A stretch of 64,000 nucleotides of DNA. It comes from Collinsella aerofaciens (GTDB lineage Bacteria; Actinomycetota; Coriobacteriia; Coriobacteriales; Coriobacteriaceae). The notes under the pieces were generated by a model. That model saw only the letters and a list, made by a program, of their open reading frames with translations, had not been told where the DNA came from and did no database searches. The stretch covers positions 17,703-81,702 of the forward strand of contig DBFBCB010000037.1 of NCBI GenBank assembly GCA_048246715.1. The letters are read 5' to 3'. The position numbers and the translations under genes are program-made. This document shows, piece after piece, positions 56,331 through 64,000 of this stretch. Each line of letters opens with the position of its first letter. Position 1 is the first letter of the stretch.

Positions 56331-57458
56331 TTACTTGCTGGTGGCTGGCATGGCTGCGACACGAAATGATTCGATGGCCTCCTCTATTGCATTGGGGTTC
56401 ATCACCTTGAGCTCGCCGCTGGCGCGCATCTCGCTGATCTCTTCCGAAAGATCATCAATAGCGTAATCCAGGGAATTCGATATTCGAATCGATATCTCTC
56501 GGTAAAGCGAGGAAAGGCGCTCCGTTCCTTTATTTTCTTGCGAGTAGAATCGACATCTTCCATTCCACCTTGGCAACCTGCCGTTTTCATTTGAATCCGG
56601 CAGGAGGAAGAAGCGCTCTTTTACGATGCCATTCTCGAGGCTAATGTAGCAGGTCGCTGAATTTTCGAAAGCTCTGTTATGGACGATCTCGTTTCTCAGT
56701 TCTTCTAAGTACACGGCTTCGGGAAAGTCGTTGCATATATGGCCTTCGTCGCCAGAGTGCGGACTCTTTGACCTGAATTTGGAATATAGGGCCGACTTGT
56801 CTGATCGGATTTTCTTGAAGGATTCGAATCGATTGGGAATCCGGTCCAGCTCAAATAGCAGATGGCTGAGAATATCCAATGAAGAATACACCCTAATTAT
56901 GAACGACTCCACTTCTCTCATCATTGAATGAGACTTTGGAGAGGATACCTTGAATACTCCGTCCGAGATGTCTCCAATGGGCTCGATTTCCCCTAGTGCG
57001 CAGAATGCCATCCTGAGTGAGCCCACGGCCTGATCGTACGTTTCGCCAAAGCTATCGGTTAAATACCTTAGATCATCTAGATAGATGAGCCTTCGCGCCT
57101 CCTCGAATGAGAAACGTTTGACGTAATCAGCGAACGAATTCCTATCGAAAGTCATTTCGGGACTGAAGCCGCCCTCTGATATTGCAATCGGACAGAAGCG
57201 GATGATGGAATAGTAAATCGACTGATTTCCGAACAATCTTTCGATGATGAGATTGTCGAGGTCGATCAATCTCGAATGGATTTGCTCCTGAATGCTGTCA
57301 TAGGAATCGTATAAAAGATCTTGCGACGGCAAGCTGTACACATAGAAGCCATCAGGTTCATCGTCCAGAGTCCCTTTTGATACTGTTCCTTGTTCAGAAT
57401 AGTAAGTAATTAATGATCTATCAATCGTATTAGAGAGGTTGCTGGCGTTCAATTCCAT
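56331..57458 (-). CDS. hypothetical protein with a HEPN-like R-x4-H motif
   Basis: ELRNEIVHNR (R255-H260, nt 56679-56696) in a helical C-half. AT-rich gene directly downstream of the Gabija-like pair. Confidence 0.55.
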   Translation of the reverse strand: MELNASNLSNTIDRSLITYYSEQGTVSKGTLDDEPDGFYVYSLPSQDLLYDSYDSIQEQIHSRLIDLDNLIIERLFGNQSIYYSIIRFCPIAISEGGFSPEMTFDRNSFADYVKRFSFEEARRLIYLDDLRYLTDSFGETYDQAVGSLRMAFCALGEIEPIGDISDGVFKVSSPKSHSMMREVESFIIRVYSSLDILSHLLFELDRIPNRFESFKKIRSDKSALYSKFRSKSPHSGDEGHICNDFPEAVYLEELRNEIVHNRAFENSATCYISLENGIVKERFFLLPDSNENGRLPRWNGRCRFYSQENKGTERLSSLYREISIRISNSLDYAIDDLSEEISEMRASGELKVMNPNAIEEAIESFRVAAMPATSK

Positions 57459-57567
57459 GACTTATTCTCCTCTTGTGAATATGCGATTGCTGGGAGAAAG
57501 ATAGTGTAATGAGTATCTGCTGCGTCCCCGGTATCCGTTTTGGCTGTCAAACAAACACGTGATTTAT

Positions 57568-58647
57568 TTATGGTTTCCAAACGCTTAGCGTGTCTGGAAG
57601 CTCATTTATTTTATTGTCAGCAACCACGAAGCCAACGCTGAACCTCGCCCTAGTAATTGCAACATAGAGCTTGGAGCGCGTCTGCGGCTTCAGATCCGTT
57701 GAAGCGTCTTGCAACCAAGAGGCCATATCGGCAACTGGATAAATCAGAACATGGTCATATGTTCGGCCTTTTGCTTTGCCGAAGTTGCAGACCAATGAAG
57801 CGTTCGCGGTCTGAGTGGCGACGCTATGTCTCAAAATCACTGGATCCAAAAACTCGCAATACTTTTGTGCAAGTGACTTTGGAATAGCCCAAACTCCATT
57901 ATGGGTTTCATTTGAAGCGGCACACAAAGATTCGGTTGGTGGGAACTCCGGATAGACCATGTTTGCGAATTCGATGACGCTCTTAGAGCAACGATGCGTT
58001 CCGTTGAGAGTCGCGCGATCTATCTCGCAGAGCGACGTAAGCTTCTTTTTCTCGATATATTGCTCGAGGCTCAGACCCTTGTTCTTGTTTCCAGCATTGG
58101 TGCGATAGGTTGACTGCCTCTCATCGCCGCACATGACTACGGGCATGCCAGAGGATAGAAGCGCGGCGATAAAGTCATAGTCGTATCCGGCCATATCTTG
58201 TATTTCATCGATGAGCACAACGTCGAACAGCTCCTTGATCCTTTCGATAACCGCTCCGAAACTGCATTCATTGCATTTCAGCGCAAGCGCTGGAAGTTTG
58301 GCCGCATAAATCTCTTTCGATTTATTACAGTAATAACGAAGGGTTCCTTTCTTATAGAAATTCCTTCCTTCAGGATTCAGGTCAACCCCGCTGAATTTCT
58401 CTTTACCGAAGCCCGCAGCGCCTTGGAAAGGACGCACTCCGTGCTCAAGAAGGAAGGTGAACCACGGGAGTACAGTGATGTTGGAAGGGATGCAGCCATA
58501 CTTCTGATAAATCATCTCCTTCGCCACCGCCGAATTTTCATCCGTAAAGGTGGTGTAAAGGATTTTTTGATCGGCATCCGAAAGACTATTGATTAAGAAT
58601 GTGGTTTTTCCTGAGCCGGCAGCAGCTAAATAGATCTTAGATTTCAT
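57568..58647 (-). CDS. gajB: UvrD-like SF1 helicase-family protein, GajB-like (short)
   Basis: Walker A AAAGSGKTT, DEIQD box, and motif VI YVAITRAR. 11-nt overlap with the upstream OLD gene. Confidence 0.75.
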   Translation of the reverse strand: MKSKIYLAAAGSGKTTFLINSLSDADQKILYTTFTDENSAVAKEMIYQKYGCIPSNITVLPWFTFLLEHGVRPFQGAAGFGKEKFSGVDLNPEGRNFYKKGTLRYYCNKSKEIYAAKLPALALKCNECSFGAVIERIKELFDVVLIDEIQDMAGYDYDFIAALLSSGMPVVMCGDERQSTYRTNAGNKNKGLSLEQYIEKKKLTSLCEIDRATLNGTHRCSKSVIEFANMVYPEFPPTESLCAASNETHNGVWAIPKSLAQKYCEFLDPVILRHSVATQTANASLVCNFGKAKGRTYDHVLIYPVADMASWLQDASTDLKPQTRSKLYVAITRARFSVGFVVADNKINELPDTLSVWKP

Positions 58648-60310
58648 CTAATTCGCCTCGCACCCAAGCAATGGTTTGCATTATGTATTCCGGATACGAC
58701 AAGGTTTCCACCGAATCAAATATCTTGAGCGCGACCTCTGTCTTGTTTTCCTCCATATACTTGAGTGCGGAATCTCGATCCTTGAACTCTTTGCCCAAGA
58801 TTTTCGACAGCATTTCAGCGCCAATCGATTCGTACATCTCTGCTTCAAGCGTGTTGTAGTTGATTCCCTCCATGCTGCCCTTTTCAAGAAGCCTATTTGC
58901 GTACGAGACGACTTGCAGTTCATCTTCTTGAGCTAGGGTTACATACTTGTAGCCTTGATACTTCTTTTCCAGTGCCCCAATGTTTCCATCGTTGTCGGTC
59001 ATGGCGATAACCCTCTTATTGATCACCTCTGCAACTTCAAGGAATCGAAGGAAGCTTGTTCCGACGGAAATGACATCGACACCATCCTGAATTGGAAGTT
59101 TTCCATCGGAGGCATTCATATATGCGCGCTGGACAACGAGCTCGTCAGCATCTCCCTCGACGAGAATAGCGGTATCGCACAGAAGAACCCTCAATGTCTT
59201 GTATCCAGGGGCCTTCATGAAGAACCTAGAGGTATCCTCGCTCAGGTCTCTCATCGAGGCAGAATTACCTCCGTTGAGAAGGATCAAGTTCCTAAGCTCG
59301 AGCTTGTTTGCAACGAAGCTGCTATGTGTCGTGATGATTAGCTGAACCCCCTCACATCGGCTCTTCACGCCCTCAAGGAACATATTCAACCTAGTATGTG
59401 AAAGATGGTTCTCGGGCTCTTCAAGCAATACCACGTTGCCGCCACGCTTTTCGCTCTTTGCCAAAGCGAGCTCTGTGCTGACGATGCTTTTGGTTCCATC
59501 TCCTACGTTGGAGAATGGAATATCCTCAAGTTTGGTGATGACTCCATTTTCCCAGGAGTTTACTGTGCCCGCTTCGAACCCAAACGTTACAGCCTTATTC
59601 GTGAGACTCTTTGCTCTTTCGGAAATCTTTTCATTTATACTTTTGACGGTTTGGTCGGCGGAAAAGCCAGTGCGCATTCTTCTATGCACTTGCGATATGG
59701 CTATCTGATCGGATCTTTCCAGCACGTCTCTTGCAATTCTTGTCACTATCGCTTTCGAACCAGGCCAAGCAAGAGAATTGCCAGCGCCAACTAGTGCCGA
59801 CTTGAACTTGATGCCAGCAGGGCGGATGCTCTTTCTGGCAAATGTCGTCCATGAGCATGCGTAGTATTCGATAGGTAAACCATGGTGTGATTTCGCGGCA
59901 ACAAAGTCTTGGTACTCATCGGAAAAAGACTCTGCGTCTATGGCGATATCTAGCTTGATTCCAGATTCAGCGACACCGCGACTATTAAAGTCGCCCTTAT
60001 AAAGAGCAACTGTGTCCTCTTCGCCGGAAAATACCACCTCGATAACAATGCTCGGAGGATTGCAAGGCTTTCCGTTCTTCAGCAGGCAAAGATACTCGTC
60101 AACGATATCCTTGTTAAAGAGATCCTCGGAAATGCTCCTCATCAGCGGAGCTCCTCGATATTGACCATCGATTACTGCTGTTACCGCCTCAAGCAGCGTC
60201 GACTTTCCAGAATCATTATCTCCAACGACAATGTTTATTCCTTCGGAAAACGAGATGCTCGCCTCGCGAAATCTCTTAAATCCAAATACCCTGAGCTCTT
60301 TTATATGCAC
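58637..60310 (-). CDS. gajA: OLD-family ATPase + TOPRIM endonuclease, GajA-like (Gabija)
   Basis: GDNDSGKST Walker A, LLEEPENHLS, ITTHS, and TOPRIM ILVEGDADE ... AMTDNDGN. GTG start after GGTGGA. Confidence 0.8.
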   Translation of the reverse strand: MHIKELRVFGFKRFREASISFSEGINIVVGDNDSGKSTLLEAVTAVIDGQYRGAPLMRSISEDLFNKDIVDEYLCLLKNGKPCNPPSIVIEVVFSGEEDTVALYKGDFNSRGVAESGIKLDIAIDAESFSDEYQDFVAAKSHHGLPIEYYACSWTTFARKSIRPAGIKFKSALVGAGNSLAWPGSKAIVTRIARDVLERSDQIAISQVHRRMRTGFSADQTVKSINEKISERAKSLTNKAVTFGFEAGTVNSWENGVITKLEDIPFSNVGDGTKSIVSTELALAKSEKRGGNVVLLEEPENHLSHTRLNMFLEGVKSRCEGVQLIITTHSSFVANKLELRNLILLNGGNSASMRDLSEDTSRFFMKAPGYKTLRVLLCDTAILVEGDADELVVQRAYMNASDGKLPIQDGVDVISVGTSFLRFLEVAEVINKRVIAMTDNDGNIGALEKKYQGYKYVTLAQEDELQVVSYANRLLEKGSMEGINYNTLEAEMYESIGAEMLSKILGKEFKDRDSALKYMEENKTEVALKIFDSVETLSYPEYIMQTIAWVRGELDEI

Positions 60311-60479
60311 GGTTCCACCAACTCTCGCAGCTCAATTCGTTATTCTTTCTATTATCCGCCAAGAAAAAGCGTCACATAGGGATCGCATGTTGGTGTAAAG
60401 GGTCGCTTCCCCGGCCGTAGAAAGCACGATGCGGCTATCGCCTGGAATTCTAATTGCTGAAGTCAGGATTCGTAGAAAG

Positions 60480-60740
60480 GCAATAACCGCATATGAACAA
60501 GATGCACGAGATCGCGGGCGGCGGTGCCCTGATGCCGAGATTCGACGACGGCATGGTGAACATGGCCGAGCTCATAAGGGTGATGGCCGAGTCGCTCGTC
60601 AACAAGATCATGGACACCCAGGCCGACGAGGCATGCGAGGCCGGCAACCGGCCCCCTACATCTGGCTCGATGCTACCTGCATCAAGAGCCGCAGCGAGGG
60701 CCGGGCGCAGTCGACCGCGCCCGCCACGGTCACATAGCAG
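60480..60740 (+). pseudogene. IS256-family transposase remnant (N-terminal part, internal deletion)
   Basis: MAELIRVMAESLVNKIMDTQADEACEAGN, and in another frame YIWLDATCIKSRSEGRAQS. Confidence 0.6.
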
Positions 60741-60765
60741 GTCCAAAGAAACGTCCGCATCTTCA

Positions 60766-63150
60766 TCACGTCCTCCTGCTATTTCGCCTCCAATGCGCAA
60801 GGAGCCTACCAGCTTCTTCAGCAGAGACCTCGTTCCCACCATCATCGTCTCTATTCGCAACGCAGAAAGCTGCCGCAACCAGCTGGTAGTCTTCCGGCAA
60901 CTCGAAAAAGCTGCCGTCTGCGCGCGCCTCAGTAAGAAGACCGTCGATCTTTGCGAGCTCGACCACCCTTGCGACACCAGCCTTATCGAATGAGAAGCTC
61001 GTTACTTCGCCGCTGTCAAGCGAGGTGTAGCGCCCCGACCCGAACGAGAGAAAAGACGCGCACCCCGCCCCGTCAACGTTGGCAACCCTTTTCGCATAAG
61101 CCATGAATTCATTGGGTTTACACTCTTTGAGCAAGATCAACGCATAATGACACTCATCGTCTAGGAACAGGTTCCTCGTGGCGGCGTCCTCGATCACCTT
61201 GGCGCAAACGGCATCGGAAAGCTCGAAAATGTCGCCTTCGGGCAAAAGCGTCTTGCAGCCACCGTCTCCCCTGTCATTCAGGCTGTTCAGCTGCGATATC
61301 AAGAAAGGCGTGAGCGGACAGATCACTCTCCCCTGGCTCTCGTCCACCGACGCTCGCAGAATCTCGCCAGACTTAGCAGGCCCCAACTGTTTGAACAGCA
61401 ACTCGATGAGTCTGAGGAGTTCCAGGTCGGCACTCGTCGAGGCCAAAGGGGCATAGTGCTTTTCCTTGCTCAGACCCAAGGCCAAAAGGCACGCTTTGGC
61501 GACGACTTCGGCACGTCCTTCCTCCAACGTCGATACGCGGGCCCTCATGGCCGACACAAAGTCAATCATGCTACCCGCTTCGGCGTGCCTGCGCAGGTCT
61601 TCGAGCAGCACTCCGCCCTCGCTCACATTCAACGCATCCTGTACCTCGTGAACATCGATTCCGTCCGGCATGTTCGAATGGAAGTATAGATCGAAGGAAT
61701 CGGCCCGCCAGATAGCGTTCAAGGTCTCCCTCGAGTAAGAGACGCAATGACTCGTGCCAGTTATATTTGCCACCCGCGGGAAAAGCCTGCAGACGGCCTC
61801 GACCGCCCACTTGGCCTCAGAGCTCGGGACTATCCCAGAAAACAGCTTCTCCAAATTGGCGAGGCTGTCTTTCGGATCCATGTTATTCATATACAACGAA
61901 GATCCGATCGTGCCGCAAAGGAGGTCCTTGTGCACGCGAATCCAATCAACGAGCTTTGGCACCTTGAGCTCCAGCACCGCCAAGGCGACGACGTCCTCGA
62001 AGCAGCAGAATCGCGGCAGGATGCTTAACTTCGCCTTTAACGCGTTCGAGAAGCGCCGAACCTCCCTTATGGTGAAGAACCGATTGTTCAGAAACGTCAG
62101 GCAGACGCCGTTCCACCTCTTGTCGTCAAGATCCTCCCGCCTGTAGGCAAACGCCTCAAAAATCGCGTTAATGTCCTTGAGAAGCATCCGCTCCAAATCG
62201 CCCGATGAAATGGACGGCAGGCGCACAGGGACCTGGACTACCTTCTCCAGGTATTCAGCGCCATCGCACTTCTGGACCTCACTTAAAGCCCGCGTAACCA
62301 CCTCCTCATCGAAAGAAAGAAGGTAGTTTATCTTGGGAAGCTTCGCCAGAGAGGCGACGAGCTGAAACACCATACGCACCTGGTCGTTCGGCAGCCGATC
62401 GATGTCATCGATGATCACTACGACTCGCCCATCGAACTTGAGGAGCTCCTCCTCAAGTCTCTGTTTCTTCGAGGAGACGCTTCCCGCCCTAACTGCGGAT
62501 TTCCTCAACCTGCTCGTCAAACGATTGCCGAAGGCGGGCACAGCAACGCCCGCAAGCGGCATGCCCGCCAAACTGGCAGCGGCGCCGGCGGTCATCAACA
62601 AGGCTTCAGAATATGCCGCGAAGGCATTGAGGACCTCGGGGCGCTTAGCGCGCAACTTTCCGAATAGCTTGCGCCGCCCATGTGCATCTTTATCAAGCGC
62701 ACTCCCGACTTCCTTAAGGAACTGAGCGAGCAGCTGCTCGGCCGTGAGGTAATTCCAGGGCTCAAAACGGACGACAGAGACGCCCGCCTTTTCGTCATCG
62801 TCTTTTCGGGAGAGCGCATTTTCAACGAGGTTTATAACCGAAGTCTTGCCTGATCCCCAAGGTCCATACAAACCAATGACAAGCGACTCGGGCCCAGCTG
62901 CGGATTTCAGAATATCAGCCAGTCTCTCAGCGAAAGGGATCCTTCCGATAAGATCTTGCTCCCTCACCTTGATTGGTGTATCGGTGGCAAGAGATAGGTT
63001 GGGGTTATCCAAGGCCACTACCTCCCCAGTTCGTAGCTGCGCACGGCGGCCTCGGAAAGCCGCATTTTCTCTGTCAGGTCGAGCTGCGTCATTTCCAGCT
63101 CCTGGCATCTTCATCTGTTCTTTGTTCCGAAGCTGGCTCCCACAATACAC
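60766..63150 (-). CDS. KAP-family P-loop NTPase
   Basis: GLYGPWGSGKTS Walker A, a hydrophobic insert (LLMTAGAAASLAGMPLAGVAVPAF), and VVIIDDIDRL Walker B. The start codon is uncertain (GTG 63150 or ATG 63114). Confidence 0.8.
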   Translation of the reverse strand: MYCGSQLRNKEQMKMPGAGNDAARPDRENAAFRGRRAQLRTGEVVALDNPNLSLATDTPIKVREQDLIGRIPFAERLADILKSAAGPESLVIGLYGPWGSGKTSVINLVENALSRKDDDEKAGVSVVRFEPWNYLTAEQLLAQFLKEVGSALDKDAHGRRKLFGKLRAKRPEVLNAFAAYSEALLMTAGAAASLAGMPLAGVAVPAFGNRLTSRLRKSAVRAGSVSSKKQRLEEELLKFDGRVVVIIDDIDRLPNDQVRMVFQLVASLAKLPKINYLLSFDEEVVTRALSEVQKCDGAEYLEKVVQVPVRLPSISSGDLERMLLKDINAIFEAFAYRREDLDDKRWNGVCLTFLNNRFFTIREVRRFSNALKAKLSILPRFCCFEDVVALAVLELKVPKLVDWIRVHKDLLCGTIGSSLYMNNMDPKDSLANLEKLFSGIVPSSEAKWAVEAVCRLFPRVANITGTSHCVSYSRETLNAIWRADSFDLYFHSNMPDGIDVHEVQDALNVSEGGVLLEDLRRHAEAGSMIDFVSAMRARVSTLEEGRAEVVAKACLLALGLSKEKHYAPLASTSADLELLRLIELLFKQLGPAKSGEILRASVDESQGRVICPLTPFLISQLNSLNDRGDGGCKTLLPEGDIFELSDAVCAKVIEDAATRNLFLDDECHYALILLKECKPNEFMAYAKRVANVDGAGCASFLSFGSGRYTSLDSGEVTSFSFDKAGVARVVELAKIDGLLTEARADGSFFELPEDYQLVAAAFCVANRDDDGGNEVSAEEAGRLLAHWRRNSRRT

Positions 63151-63175
63151 ATCTTGTCGTCTGCTGCCGCATCCG

Positions 63176-63937
63176 TTAGAAATCCATTTTATTAAAATCG
63201 ATGGAATATCCCATTGACTTGAGTTCTTTCAAAAGGCCGAACTCCCAACTGTCTGTTCCGGTATAAACGACGCCCTGTAGATCGGAGGGAATCTCGATAC
63301 CTTTGTCAACAAGAATTGCAACGTTTTCCCTGCCAAGCCGACCAATAAAGTATCCGGCTTCAAATACAACATTCTGTCTAGCCCTGGGATTTGCCGACTG
63401 TTCTGCCTTGGCCCTTCCTTCGTCGTCCGCCGTAAAAAGGCATACCGCTCCTGCTGCATCGCCTTCAATTTCCAGCTTTTCGATGATTGTCTTGCCCTGA
63501 TTTGACTGCTCGTTCAGGACTACCGCCGTCAGGCCCTGCCTTTCGATGATTCTCGCGACCCTTTCTCTAAGCTCTCCGTTGTGGCCATGAACGATAAATA
63601 CCTTCGAATAATCTCCGACATTTGCAGTCGATCCGGTTTCCCCTTCGGCTGAAAACTCATCAAGGTATGTCTCCAGCACAGCTTTTGCTTTGCGCAGGCC
63701 GTCCGCACAGGCATCAGCAAAAGCCGATTTGGGCGTGCCGGGGGCGAAATAAGACAACGAATAGCTGATTTCGTTAAAACTTTTAAATTCGTAGCTGTCT
63801 TCTCCAAACCGCCTAATTAAAAGCCTGTCCGCCCTTGTCTTCCATGCTTTAAAGTCAGGCGAACTAGAGCGGATGTATTTCTTTGAAAGATCGTCTGCTG
63901 TTTCGCACAACTGTTGCAAAATTTCAAAATCAGACAT
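63176..63937 (-). CDS. TIR-like (pfam10137 / CAP12-PCTIR-type) nucleotide-binding protein with a helical N-domain
   Basis: VFIVHGHNGELRERVARIIE ... GKTIIEKLE ... CLFTADDEG ... RARQNVVFEAGYFIGRLGRENV ... PSDLQGVVY. Confidence 0.7.
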   Translation of the reverse strand: MSDFEILQQLCETADDLSKKYIRSSSPDFKAWKTRADRLLIRRFGEDSYEFKSFNEISYSLSYFAPGTPKSAFADACADGLRKAKAVLETYLDEFSAEGETGSTANVGDYSKVFIVHGHNGELRERVARIIERQGLTAVVLNEQSNQGKTIIEKLEIEGDAAGAVCLFTADDEGRAKAEQSANPRARQNVVFEAGYFIGRLGRENVAILVDKGIEIPSDLQGVVYTGTDSWEFGLLKELKSMGYSIDFNKMDF

Positions 63938-64000
63938 TAAGCCTTCTTTCTATAACCAATAACGGAGCTAAGAAGCATCTTATTCCAATGGGCAGCCAAA

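Overview
This is a high-GC Gram-positive chromosomal segment. Gene order and protein signatures look like Actinomycetota, possibly Coriobacteriia, but I cannot verify the taxon without a search. All product names come from motifs read in the supplied translations; no database was queried.

The window splits into four parts.

(1) 1-12.3 kb, core genes: hflX (partial), lexA with a divergent LysM gene, nrdR, dut, a GT28 glycolipid synthase, trxB, a DUF1836 gene with degV, an NlpC/P60 hydrolase, apt, a MerR(FtsR-like)/FHA(GarA-like) pair, and pgsA.

(2) about 12.3-26.1 kb, a decayed integrated island. It is bounded by an 86-87 bp direct repeat of the 3' half of tRNA-Pro plus its terminator. It carries:
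- a frameshifted ABC permease-ATPase fusion;
- an AT-richer 2.7 kb segment between 65-bp inverted repeats;
- nested IS30 and IS21 remnants;
- three tandem paralogues in which a complete Flp-type prepilin is fused to a large passenger domain (BspA-like LRR or DUF6273-like). Each has a poly-G tract just after the start codon, and only one copy is in frame.

(3) 26.1-43.3 kb, a minus-strand core block: coaBC, a COG1579 Zn-ribbon protein, nif3, a cysteine desulfurase, rpe, gpsA, plsY, der, DUF512, ispH, plsC, cmk, rluB, scpB, scpA, an M50 protease and an ABC-F ATPase.

(4) 43.3-64 kb, tRNA genes (Ala, Met, Ala duplicate, Val) followed by a mosaic defence and mobile-element island. It contains:
- a DUF559-like gene and DUF3825;
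- a HepT/MntA toxin-antitoxin pair;
- a broken Abi_2 gene;
- an IS110-family element inserted in an IS21 end;
- a RES-domain protein;
- an orphan UG/Abi-type reverse transcriptase with a long structured upstream non-coding region and a divergent Zn-ribbon protein;
- a HEPN-motif protein;
- a Gabija-like OLD nuclease plus UvrD-like helicase;
- IS256 remnants;
- a TIR-like protein followed by a KAP NTPase.

The most interesting candidates are the modular Flp pilins with possible poly-G phase variation, the RT module, and the TIR-like/KAP pair. Coordinates taken from raw sequence rather than the ORF track may be off by 1-2 nt.
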